Assembly: GCA_963693365.1 (NCBI GenBank)
Contig: CAVNZM010000011.1
Span: forward strand, 558,001-622,000
DNA length: 64,000 bases
Direction: 5' to 3'
Origin: Amoebidium appalachense
Lineage: Eukaryota; Protista; Ichthyosporea
A model generated the notes under the pieces. The model did not search any database and was not told where the DNA came from. It saw only the letters and a list, made by a program, of their open reading frames with translations. The first letter of the stretch is position 1, and every line of letters begins with the position of its first letter. The position numbers were made by a program, and so were the translations under genes. Shown here piece after piece: positions 1 through 13,140 of the stretch.

Positions 1-307
1 GGGGGGGGGGGGGGGGGGGGGGGGGGGAGCGAGAGCGAGAGGGAGAGACGTAACCATATTCTGCTGTTCAATGGATCCGATGTATGTAGTAAGTTCTTGT
101 GCATGTCGGTTGAATGAACAAGACACCTGCCCACACACCTGCCCAACAGCACCACCGGCCTTCCATGCCTGCACTACGGGTGAATACTAGTGGTTGTGTG
201 GCTGTGTGCATGCTCGTGTTCCTTCAGTCTTGCCCTTCCTATGTTCGTTGTGACATGGAGCATGCAAAGTGTATGGCATTAACATATGTGGTATGCATGG
301 CGCACAG

Positions 308-627
308 GTCCAGCCAGGCCCCAGCAAGCCGCAAGGTGTGTGCCCCCACCATGCAGTTGGCCTGCATGTGGCTGTGTGCAAACACAGTTCTTTCTGTTTG
401 CGGCCTGTGTATGGATTTTATGTGCTTAGTGGGAGAAATGGTGATGAGGAATTTAAACACCATCCCTAGATACAGGCCTCAGCGTGTGTTCACTACCCCC
501 TGCATACATGGTGCATTTGTATGTTACCATTCTTGAGTGCATGCAAATATGAGCCATGCAGCAAAGTCTTCTGGGGTCATTTGGTTGCTTTGAAAGCCGT
601 ATCCCAGTCCAGCTCCTCCCTCCCCCC

Positions 628-662
<35 letters not shown>

Positions 663-1034
663 ACCATACGCGTTTTTCGCTGCACTGCATTAGTTTGCAC
701 ACACATCTTCACCGTTCTGCTCACCTTGCTTGCATAAGCAACCCTGCTCGTCTTTGATCAAGACGGGTTGACCCACCCAAGTTCAGTTGATGCTGCTGTC
801 TGAGTTGGAGCGTCGTATATACGCGGGCTAAGGGGTCGAAACTCAGACGCAATTGATGACTTGGGCCCTCCCTGAGGATGGGCTCTGCTTATGACGCATA
901 CTGTGCGCATGGCTGATGTTGCATACTTGAATGTTTGCCTTTGCATGTGTCCTGCACCATGCTTCTCATCGTGTATGCGTACTTCGTACTGTGTTCCACA
1001 TTCAAACCCCCCCCCCCTCCCCGGCGCCCCGCAA

Positions 1035-1079
<45 letters not shown>

Positions 1080-1179
1080 CTAAAAAAACTGAAAAGACTA
1101 AACCCCCTGCCCTTGAGTTGGTGTTTGAACCACATCTTTCTGTATCTGCAATAGCTCACACACTACCCACGCCTTGACA

Positions 1180-1274
<95 letters not shown>

Positions 1275-2322
1275 CGCATGCACCCGGAGGTGCAGGCCAT
1301 GCTAGCCCTTGATGATCTTCAGGCTGAGTCTCATGAGCGAGGCAGCCGACTGCGACTTGAGAATGAGCGGCAGTACTTTCAAGCCTTTGCTGAGCCAGGC
1401 ACTGACGACACACAAACAAGCCGCAGGGTGGGTGATGCTCATATATGGCTGCGTGTCCTTGTGTCGTGTGTGTAGGGGGCGGGAGAGGGGGGGGGGGACT
1501 GCTCAACTGAGGGGTGGGACTAAGAGGGTTGTTTATTTGGGGGGGGGGGGGGGGGGGGTGATGGCTACGTTTAGGCGCTGACATACCTCGGTTGGCAGGC
1601 GGAGCAGCTGCCGGTGATTGCAGCCAACTTCATTGAGGAGATAGATGCATGGACCCCGAACCTGCAGAACGTATGCACCCCCCTGACGCTGCATCAACAT
1701 GTGGTGGGCATGTGATGGGGCATGGTTGGTGTGCGAGGAGCACAGATCGAAGGACACGGAGGGCACATCATCCCATTCCCTCCTCCCCCGCTCCCTTCCA
1801 CATCCCTATGATGAGAGCACAGACACAAAACGAGATGGGCAGGGCATGAGTTCCAGAGATCCAGAAGGAAATGGGTAGCCGAGTGCTTTTCTCTCTGCCC
1901 TCATTATGTTCAGCTGTGGATGCAAGTTGCATGCACGTGCACATGTCAGGTGGGCAATGTGCTGACTGGGGCAGCAGGGTCTTGAGGACAAGGAGGCGCT
2001 GTCAGTGCTGCTCAACATCAGCAACACAAATGTCGAGCAGGGGAGGAGGGCCAGGGACCACGGTGCGTAGCAAGTCCTTTTTGGGGGGAGGGGGGGGGGG
2101 GGGGGAAAGGGGGGGGAGAGGGGGGACTGTATTGAATTCTGCAGGTAGGCACGGTTGTTGTGTAAACCCAGACTGAGGGTGCTGGGGGAGCAGAGAAGAA
2201 TGTGGACAGGGCCGTGCCTGTGCGGTTGGCTGGGCAGCAGGCGGTGGTGCAGGAGCTATTGAGGCACTACTGGGCTAATGTGCCCGTGACAAACAGGGCC
2301 CAGGCCACTAAGGTACACGCAC

Positions 2323-2378
<56 letters not shown>

Positions 2379-3101
2379 AATGCTGATGTGGGCGTGCAGG
2401 TGGTGCGCATAGTGGACAAACTGGGGGAGGTGGAGGGCAAGCTGCATGCAGATGAGGTGGGCCCCCTGACTGCTGAAATACAGCGGCTAGGGGGGGAGGC
2501 AGACAGACTACGCAGAGAAAACAACAAAAGAGACCTGGACAAGATTGCAAGGGAGAGGGAGGGAAAGGTCCTGGAGAAGCAGGTGTGCATATTGTCCTTT
2601 TTTATATGTGCGATCTAACATGTGGTATCTCGCAACGGATAGATAAAAGAACTTTTTATGTGATGTGTTGAAGAGGTTTTTTTCTTAGACAGAGAAGAGA
2701 TTGTCTGCTGCGTTTTCTTATTAAAGAAATAAAAGGCCAATCAAATAAAAGCAGCAGATCTTATCAGTTTTTCAGCCAATCTGCAAACCTGGTGGTCGGT
2801 GATAGGGTGGTTAGCGCACTGGGTCAGATACCCTGCCAGTGTGTTTTGAGGTGTGGTGTCTGTTCACGATCATGTGTCCATCTGTACACCCACATATGCA
2901 TAGACACACATGCAACCAATAGCGTACAGTCGGGCACACTTGCAGGTTCACAATGCACGCGCGCCTATACACCACACACATACAAAACACGGACACACAA
3001 GAACACATGCACAAATTCATGGCCTAGGCCAACCTATACACCAGTCAGCAGTGCTAATATAATGAATTGGCTAGGAGCAGCACGGGACGAAGGGGAAGGG
3101 A

Positions 3102-3143
<42 letters not shown>

Positions 3144-3537
3144 CTTGTTCAGCTGCACATAGATGCGGGATTACTTATCCCTAGCTCCTTTTGTGGTGGT
3201 TCTTTGCATGGAGGTTTGTATGTGTCTGCGTTTTTCCTTTTTTTTCCCCCTTCACCGTGGCCGTGCACATGGATGTTGTGTGCATCCGTTTTGTGTGTGA
3301 AATGTGCACCCACACATGCGTGTTTGTGTGCACTTGTACATTGATGTTGTGTGCCACACGTAGTGCCTGTAGTGTGCACGAGTCCATAGAAGCTGTGTGC
3401 ATGTGCACATGCCCGTTGTCGGTGCACGTGGACATGAGTGTTGTTTAACACGTGGGGCACAGATCATCGAGGTGCTTATCAAATCCATCAGAAAGGCCCA
3501 GGAGGACTTCAGGAGACGAAAAACCACTGCCGCATAA
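308..3537 (+). CDS. GTF2H1: TFIIH subunit p62/TFB1, 3' portion (5' exons lie upstream of the window)
   Basis: GT-AG exons at about 308-335, 1275-1427, 1599-1670, 1979-2062, 2210-2312, 2400-2582 and 3463-3537 join into ...KRMHPEVQAMLALDDLQ...RLRLENERQYF...IEEIDAWTPNLQN...QELLRHYWANVPVTNRAQATKVVRIVDKL...IIEVLIKSIRKAQEDFRRRKTTAA*. This matches, in order, the p62 C-terminal motifs I recall from human ([40 protein letters not shown]). The 308-335 micro-exon is tentative. Confidence 0.85.
733..893. other. Highly self-complementary intronic element (possible structured RNA or short repeat family)
   Basis: Nested inverted repeats: CATAAGCA 733-740/TGCTTATG 886-893, CCCAAGT 776-782/ACTTGGG 859-865, GTCTGAGTT 798-806/AACTCAGAC 840-848, plus hairpin CTCGTCTT-TGATC-AAGACGGG 747-767. 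The 3' ~40 nt recur at 44949-44990. Confidence 0.45.
1183..1272 (+). repeat. (CA)n microsatellite abutting a splice acceptor
   Basis: About 90 nt of pure AC repeat ending directly in CAG at 1272-1274. Confidence 0.95.
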
Positions 3538-3572
3538 GGGCACATGTACATCTGTGCTGTGCACACACGCAC

Positions 3573-3604
<32 letters not shown>

Positions 3605-4355
3605 TCTCTCTCTCTCTCTCTCCCCCCCCCCCCCCCCCCCCCCACATTGAAAACACACACACGAAGGACTCACACTCTGGCAACCTCCATTTTTGAATGG
3701 CACATTGCATGGAGTAGATAAATAGTATGAATTAATGGTATACGGTTTGGGGCTGGTATTGTATAGCATATACGAATGCGGATGGTGTTTGTATTGTCAT
3801 GTGACGTATTTATTACTGCAGAACATACATCCAGCTGTAGCAGGTAGCGAAAAGCAACACCCTCACTGTGCTCCCCTCAACCGTGTGGTACATATTTAGA
3901 CTCGGTCCTCATTTTTGTACACGTGCTGATGATTTAACCCCTTGTTGTGCACGTGCACAAGAATGTAATCATAAAATGCTGAATAAACCAAATTGATATG
4001 AGACTGACTTTTGGCTGCGTGGTGTTTCTTCATAATATCGCATGCATGTGTGTATATATGTTTGTGTGTGCGCGCGCCTGTCTGTCCGTGTGTGTGTGTA
4101 TGTGTGTTGTGCCGTGTGTGGTGTGTGTGTGTGTGTGTGTGCGTGTGTGTGTCACCGTGTGGATGTGTGTGTGGCAGTGTGTGTGTGTGTGTGTGCAGTC
4201 GATCGATGGTGTGTTCGACATTCAGTTAGTGTACGATCAACGTTTAACCACAGCCACCATGGTGCACTAATAAGCTGCCTGTTCATTTTCATCCGTGTGT
4301 GCATTTCCCTGTCACGCGCGCGGAGGCAGCAGGCGTGCCATGGTTGCACAGTCGG

Positions 4356-4391
<36 letters not shown>

Positions 4392-5275
4392 CCCCCGCCC
4401 CCTCAGGGCCCCGCCTGATCCGGAGTTGCGACATACCCCAAACTTACTAGCTAATTAGTGTGTTCTCTTTGTTGTTGCCTTATGCCGAACGAGTGTCCGA
4501 GCTGCTGAGGTTCGAACCGCACACCTCAGATCATCGGTGCCGTCAAACCTGATCAGGCAGGGCCATGGCATTGCATGCGCCATGCTGTGATGACAATGTG
4601 AGTTCTCACAGTATGAGTCCGCTTACTTGCTGGTTGCTGGTTCCGTGGATTGGTTGCATTACCACATATCGATATATATTGTGCAAGTAAGTGTCATGAC
4701 ACCAAGTGGGGTTGTCAGCGACATTGGTTCACCCCGTTACCCTTATATATCCACTCGTACTATTGCTAATATCATTAGGGTGGCTAATACTAGCGCCAAT
4801 CGTGTAAAGGATAACAATTATAATATTCGTTACTTCATACGGTATACAGTACATTCCTTCGGTCACCACCACCTCCATATCACAACCATAGCAAATAGTC
4901 GTATGCTAACATCAGTAACCGGTTGTGCGATCTATCTGTGACCTTAAGTTTATATCACCTATTACGCGATGTACCCGTGCTCTATAGCTAAGTAGAATAG
5001 ATGTCCCAACTAACTGCTACTGTAAATTGGCAATTCTTGGTGGAGCAATGACCAAAACAGGAATTTACCACGCAACTGCAAAGCATCAAGTATCAATATA
5101 GTTGCTATTAATGCCTGCATAGACCATAAAGTACAACAAGGCAGTACAACAAGGCTACCCAGGCAATCACCCATATTCCTATTACTAACATTATCATTAA
5201 CTTCTAATCATCCCTAATAGTATACATCCACCACATCTGCGTGGGGTTTTAGCCCACGTGCACCACCACTACTAT

Positions 5276-7740
5276 CTATGCAAACCCGCTACCCATAGTA
5301 ACCCACTGGGGGCCCAAACTTTGTCCAGCAGACGCAGCCGCATTGCATTTCTCCAGGAATGCCCGTGTGGTTCTTGGGTCCCTGCTGACACACAGCACAG
5401 GCAGGGTTTTGTCTGTGGGGTTTGTCTGCAGCTGGTTGCCGTTCTTTATGAATCGCCAGTATGTGCTCTGTTGGCCCTCACACGGTCTTAGGGCCAAGGT
5501 CACCCCCTCAGTGACCTGGTCACTGACCGTCCCAAGGCACGACCCTGTGTCAGTTCTGATTACGCGGGCAGCATCGTCCAGGCGTGCACTCAGAACATTC
5601 TTGTTAAAGCAATCTTTAAAATAAACCGGCTGTGGTGATTGGGTGTTTTGAGTGCGTGCAAACACCAGGCATGCGTTGCCCCTCCCACTGACTATGGGCA
5701 CGTAGGGGGCCATGAGGGCAAAGTGTTGGTTGCGATTACTCCCGCTGTTGTCACAGGGCTGCAAATTCAGCTTCAATTCCACACCCTGCTGCACAAACCC
5801 CCAGCACAGGGTGCCGTTTGTGTTCTGCACCTGATAGGACCCCCTCCACTTGAAGCTTAGAGCCGCCCCCGCCGCACAATTCACCAATCCGATTAGTGAT
5901 CCAGCCGCAACACCCTGGCCCGGCACTGCACCGAGACATCTTTTCGTATCCAGGTTTCCATCAACAATGGCTTGAACAGATGCGGCTGACTGGCCAATCG
6001 GGGAGATGGAGATCAAGCCCGGATCGTTGCAGTCCAATAGAACGACCTCGCTCCTGGCATTAGTGCCCAGGCACTTGTGCTGGCCTATGTTCTTGACATC
6101 AGTGGCTGGGCCGTCATTTGCAGGCACAAAAGAGGAGGGTTGGTCGGGGGCAGGTTGGGGTTTTGGGCGGTTGTTGTTGATTGCTGAGCCTGGATACTGC
6201 GGTTTGAGCAGTTGGGTGCCTGCTGGGGGGCTGGCACAGGGCTGCAGGTAGGCCTGGGGGGCAGTTGGGATTAGGTAATGCTGGTGTGCGTGATGGGGGA
6301 AGAGGCTGGAGCGAGGGGAGGATACAGTGCCTTTTACGGTCCCGTTACACTTTCAGCTTTGTGCAATGGACAGGTGTGTACGACAGAGCTCGCAATTGTG
6401 GTGTCATGGTTAGGGGGGAAGGGAGAGAGGGGTGGGTGTAGCTGGGGCTTTAGGAATAGAAAACAAGAGTGATCCAAGGGATAGGGAAGGTGGCGAGCAC
6501 AAAAGGACTGCCGCACAGCGGCCAACAAGCAGGTGTGTGCTCTTGCAAGAGGGGGCGGGAGCTGGGGAGAGAAGGGGGAATGATTCCAGGGTGTAGTGCA
6601 AACCATTTACCTGGGTCGAACTGAATGCACATAAAGGAAAGGAAACCAAAACCAGGGGGATGGGCCCTCGGGGGAGGCGATGTGCACACGCACATCACGA
6701 AAAAAGTCGATCAGAAGAGATCAGCAGAGGGAGGCGGTACAGGGGAGTTTCAAGGTGGGCGTGTGTGTGTGCTGGAAGGGGTGGAGGAGGGGGGGGGGAG
6801 GAGGGGGCTTTAGGATGAGAGAGTGTGTATGTGTGTGCGTGGGGGGGGGGGGGGGGGGAGGAGAGGGGGAGGGGAGGGTAGCCAACCAGGATCCTTGTAT
6901 CCGGGTCATTCTTGTTCCTCTGCACGTCCACACACAGCCCCGCCTGTCCGTTCTGTAGCTGCTGACCGTTGCCTGTGACCCGCCACTTCTGCAATTTCGA
7001 CCGCGAGTTGCACGGCACTACAGCAACCTTGGAGCCTGCAGAGGCAACATCCCCAAGAACCCCCAAACAATCTCCGCTCGGGGTGACCAAATTCTCATAT
7101 CCGGCCGGTAATAGAACCCCCTGAGTGGGGTCGAAATTCACGAGGGTGACGTTGGGGCTGCTGCATGGGCCGGTGGTGACGAGAGGATCTATGGTGACCA
7201 GACAGGACCGGGTCATGGGCAGATAGAACTTGATGCCTGGGGGGGTTTAAGATGGGTATAAGGCACACAGATGTGTGCAGGGTGTACTGTGTGATCCACT
7301 GTCCAGATGTGTGAAAATTATTCGCACATACAGTGAGAGAGGGGGGGACACAGGTGACGTTTCTAGCCCTGCAACACATGCAGCACCATACAGGCACACA
7401 GGCACACAGGCAGAACAAGAGGCACACACACACACATACAGCTGCAATATATCGCAAAACTTATAATTTGTATGTACGACGCAGACCATGTTTGCAGTCT
7501 GCACCCCACAGGCACACACACGTGCACGGCTTTGCCACCCCCCCTCCTCCCTCCCCCCCCCCCCCTCTCCCTCTCCCTTTCCAAACCACAAATATTATGA
7601 TCCCCACACCCGGTCCCCACCATCCCACACTTATCCATCATTAACCCTGTATTGTTTCCCTGTACGGGCAAGTGTTTAGCCCCCCCCCCCCCCCCCCCCC
7701 CCCCCACCCCCCACCCCCCCAACGCCTTCTCCCTCCCACC

Positions 7741-7786
<46 letters not shown>

Positions 7787-8141
7787 AAACGTGCACATAA
7801 ATAATGTGTGTATGAACCAAAACCCGCACATGTACACTCACCCTGTGGAACCGTGTTCGTCTTATCCGGAGCAATGGTCCGTGTGGTTGTGGGGGTAGGT
7901 GTGCGTGTTGTAGTCTCCTTTATAGTTGTTGTAGTTGGTGTTTTCTTTATGAGTGTTGTTCCTGTTCTCTTAACAGAGGATGCCCGCATGGTGGTGGACA
8001 GGCCAAGGGTCACAAAGGGATCCTCGTCATCAAGAAGAATCGCCCCATTGTCATCAATGAAGTCAATGTCTGCGGGTGCATGTGCCATGTGGAGGGGTTT
8101 CAGGGGATGGATGGGAGGGGAAACGGAGGGGGCGGCGGCGA

Positions 8142-8176
<35 letters not shown>

Positions 8177-8329
8177 GTAATTAGGGGTTAGACTACGGTA
8201 CATTCATTAACAAGGCGTAAGGGAACATCGAGAAGGGCATATTGCCGGTCAGAGAAGGGCACGGAGCAAGAAAGAATGGGCGTTGCGGTTGGGGTTCCTT
8301 TTTTTCCTTTTTTTATTTTTTATTTTTTT

Positions 8330-8367
<38 letters not shown>

Positions 8368-9933
8368 GGCAAGAGTCATAGCACTGCTCCTGCCCTTGTG
8401 GGTGGGTTGATCATGGCATATGGTTGTTGGAGGGATAGTGGGATTTTTATGAGGTAAGTGGGAGTTTGGGTGTTGGGAGGGGGGCGGGGGAGTCCAAGCG
8501 ATAGGTGGTAGAAAAAACATAACAGGTCTGAAACTGGGACTCATAGAGGGGGGAGGGGGGTGTTACCAATTGGTTTGCATGTGTATGTCAAAGGGAGGAA
8601 AGGTGTCATGTGTCTGTGTGCTTTGGAGGGAGGGGGGGTGGGGGGGGAGTGGGTTAACTGGGGGTGTGAAGGAAAGGGGAAGATGGGAAGAGGGGGGAGT
8701 AAGGGGGCAGATAGGACGGGGGGGGGGGGGGAGAGGGGAGGAGGGGAGGGGGAGGGGGGAGGGGGGGGGCGACTCGTTGCAAGCAGCCAGCCGCCTCACT
8801 ACGTTAACTGCCACCACCAGAACCCGAGGCTGCACACAAGTCTATGACCCCACGTGTTTGCACGTGCACATCACCAGTGTGGGGTATCTTTGGCTGGGGG
8901 GGGAGGGGGAGGGGCTGCATAGTCGGTGTACACTGGCAAGTACATGGCGTGTACACGGGGAAGGGGGGGGGGGGGGGGGGGGGGGGGGATGGGGCTGTAA
9001 TCTACGCATCACGTACATGGTAAGCCTTTTCCATGCCTCCTTGGTTGACAATTTGGTGCATGCAAATGGGCACGACATGTGCTTTGTGCCGTGCAAGACT
9101 GTATAGTGCGTAGGTCAAACTTGCAGGACAAAGTGAATCATATGGCCTGATCAAACAGGGTCAGAGAGAAAGAGGAGTGTGCTCACGTCACTCACCAATA
9201 GGGTCAAAGGTAGAATCCACCAGGTTTGTTGTTGGCGCATCAGAGGAGAATACAAACAGGTTTGTTGTTGGCACCATGGCGGTAAAAGTGGGGGTGACGA
9301 CTAGGTTTGTTGTTGGCACCATGTTGATGGTAGTGAAGGGGGTGATGGCGCTAGTTGGGGTCACCATAGGGGCGGTGGGTGGGACAGCAGCGGTGGAGAT
9401 GGGAGTGAGCATGGGTGCCTTGGGGGGGACCATGGCCGTGGACAGGACCTGGTTAGGGGGGCTGCTTAAGGTGGTTGTGGGTGGTCGGCGGGTGAGGGGC
9501 GGTGCCAGTGTGGGGGTGTAGGTTGGGGGAGGCACGGGGGGCTGTGTGGTGCCTGGAAGATTGAACCGCGTGGGACGCAGGGGGGTTTGAACCGGCTGGG
9601 ATGGGCGGGGCGTCAAAGCACTTGGGGGGGGTCCAAGAGGTGGCGGTGGGCGGGTGGCCGTGGCCAGGAGAGGGCGGGGCACAGCACTTGACCTGAGCAC
9701 GGGGTTAAGGGGGCGTGGGGGGGGTGGAGGAGGGCGGAGGCTACCCCCGGGTTTTTGGGTGGAGGCCTGAGGCCCGGCCAGAAGCTGCAGGGGAGTAAAA
9801 GAGAAGTAGTGCTGTGAGTGCCGGGATAAAGGCAAGTTTTTCTTGCAGCATCACTCCTCTATCGATGTTTCGGTAGGTACCGAGTGGAATCAGCAGGGGA
9901 GGAGGCGGGAGGTGAGGGAGGGGGAGGAGGGTA

Positions 9934-9990
<57 letters not shown>

Positions 9991-11019
9991 GGGTGTATGT
10001 TGTGCACATTATGCATGTGTGTGCGTGTGCGTGCGTGTGTTTGTGCTTGTATTTGGGTTTGGGTTTGTGTTTGTGTTTGTGTGTGTGTGTGTGTGTGTGT
10101 TTGTTTGTGTGTGTGTTTAAGTATGTGTGTGTGTAAGTGTGTGTGCTTGTGTGTGCATCCAGCATATGCTGCGTGTGTGGTCGCTGCTGCCTGCATTTGT
10201 GCACATGTTGTGTGTGTGTGTATCTGTGTGTGTGTGTGTTTGTGTGCGCGTGCGTGTGTGCGTGTGGGTGTGTGTGTGTGTGTGTGCGCGCGTATGTGTC
10301 ATGGCATGTGTGTGTTGGTGTGTCATGGGCACGTGTGTTTGTGTCCGTGTTTGTGCAAGTATGTGCGTATGCGCGCTCAAGTGGTGTGTGTGTTGGTGGT
10401 GTAGGCTTTTGGGTGTGTGTGTGTGTGCATGTAGACAGCCGAACTTCAACTTTGTATGCACCTAAACCCGGTATTGAAAGACGTCATATTCCACGTTCTT
10501 CGTATGCTTGGACACCTGCCGGCAAACTCTCCACTGCTACCAATTGCAAGGGCAGTCATTTTTTAGACAGTTAGCTAAATCACCAACATAGCGTTAACAT
10601 GCCTTCGCCGCTTTCAGGTAGAAACATCACTGCATAGAGCCGACCTTTCTACTGAAGCGCACACTAATTCGAGGGGCAGGAAGCACCAGAGGAGACGGGT
10701 AATATGCGGGAAAGGGGAGTGTCGACGAGGAGAGGAGAGGAGGTGAGTGCACCTGCAGCGTTGCGGCTTCAAGCTCCGCGTTGGTCATTCTGTCGACCTC
10801 CGCCTGTGTTATCCTGATGTTGTTGAGGGCCACCAACCGCAGGAAATAGTTTCTCTTGGCTGGGTCCTGCTGCCTGGCCTGCCGCACGCCCCGGTGCCCA
10901 GACTCGACGCCAGAGAGGTCATTGTTGCTGCTGGGTGCGTGTGCACGTGCCTGGGTGGCTGTGGCTGGGATACAGAGGGAGAGAAGGCACACGCACATAA
11001 GGGCGGTATGTGGCTTCAT
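5276..11019 (-). CDS. Secreted protein with Pro/Thr-rich mucin-like stalk and multiple ricin-B (beta-trefoil) lectin-like repeats, ~800 aa
   Basis: Five phase-compatible exons: 11019-10753, 9784-9196, ~8069-7842, 7236-6887, 6253-5276. N-terminal signal peptide [24 protein letters not shown], then P/T-rich exons with PTTNL repeats. C-terminal repeats of the type CL(G)..G..V.L..C...Q.W, e.g. [31 protein letters not shown] and [30 protein letters not shown]. Confidence 0.8.
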
Positions 11020-11689
11020 GGTGATGCGTATGGGTGCGTGCAGGCACGCATTGAAAGGCGTATGGGGTGTAAGTGTGCTATTAGGAGCTTGTAGACTCTT
11101 GCATCCTGTAGATACGTTGATTGCCAGGGCACCCCCAGTATGGCAGGGAAAAAACTATAGCCAGAAAAGCCGTGAAAAGGACTGTAGAAGACTGCAGCGG
11201 CGGGCCTGGCTTCCGTGCATGGCCGGGAACAACTCCGTGTTACACTTCCAAGTTCTGGGGAAGTCCTCCCTTTGCGGCTTTTCGGCCTGGTGAAATAGCA
11301 CCGTGAGACTGTGAGTGCGAGTGCTGTACGAGCACAGTGCGAGTGCTGTACGTCATTGGTCACTCGCAATACAATTTAGAGGTGGTGCAACAAAAAGCAG
11401 ACCCTGTGGACTTCGTACAACTACAATGTAATGAGATCAAAGCGCGGCAAAGCCTTCGAATAACGCGTGTTGTAGGGGAACTCACGTGCACCACGTGCAC
11501 ACCGCGGCCGCTGCGCTCAATGTTATAATACCAGCGACTCCCCTTAAAATTGTTCGCTGTTACTTGTGGAAGAAGCAGTGGTACTCAGCACTATACTTCC
11601 TCTCCCTTTATGTTTTTTTTATATACTGAAAAACATATAAAATAACAGGCTATAGACAATACAGCCGTCAGTGGCCAGCACCGATCTGC

Positions 11690-11785
11690 ACAAAGTGTAC
11701 CTAGAAGTTTTTGCTTCGCTCAAACAGATAATATCGGGTTTCTGATTGGCTCGAAAATCCTCCAGTTTATCACACTGGCATGTGT
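11690..11785 (-). mobile_element. Possible decayed non-LTR retrotransposon APE endonuclease fragment
   Basis: Translation KLEDFRANQKPDIICLSEAK resembles the N-terminal (P)DIICLQET motif of LINE apurinic-like endonucleases. No extended ORF and no RT seen. Confidence 0.3.
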
Positions 11786-12066
11786 ACACATATATATGTA
11801 GCACAGTCACTACAAGTCACCGAGTGTTCCCCGCCAGTGTGACGAGGCTGCACGGAAAAAGCCATGAAGACCTTCTGTATGAGAAAAACAGTAAGAACGC
11901 CGAATACACATTAACTATGTGTTCTGCCCTGGACAAGTGGGAGCCTATTTTTCAGTCCATGACTGTTGCTTTAGGCCAGGAGCTTAAAATAAGTCTGCGC
12001 TGAGGGATAAATTTTGTAGAACAGAGTGCTGTAAACGTCCGGATCACCGTGCACGTACGTACGCGT

Positions 12067-12982
<916 letters not shown>

Positions 12983-13109
12983 GGCCCCTCCCCTTCTCCC
13001 CCCCCTCCCGCCTACACACATACGGTTGCCAAATCTGGCTGCACTACTTTTTGCCCTTGATCGTCATCCTCCCCCCCCCCCCCCCCTCACTCCCCCCCCC
13101 CCCCCCTTA

Positions 13110-13140
<31 letters not shown>

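Noticed and set aside
798-880. Canonical hammerhead ribozyme, RNase P RNA, U1/U3 or C/D snoRNA
   Set aside because: Core motifs are partial or in the wrong order and spacing; kept only as an unclassified structured element.
8795-8830. Possible terminal exon ASGSGGGS* for the Pro/Thr-rich gene
   Set aside because: The alternative phase-1 acceptor at ~8069 gives a continuous, more coherent protein linked to the ricin exons; not formally excluded.
9843-10574. Long ORFs of CV/HT repeats, also at 3998-4458, 57657-59500 and elsewhere
   Set aside because: Translations of (GT)/(CA) microsatellites; no coding complexity.
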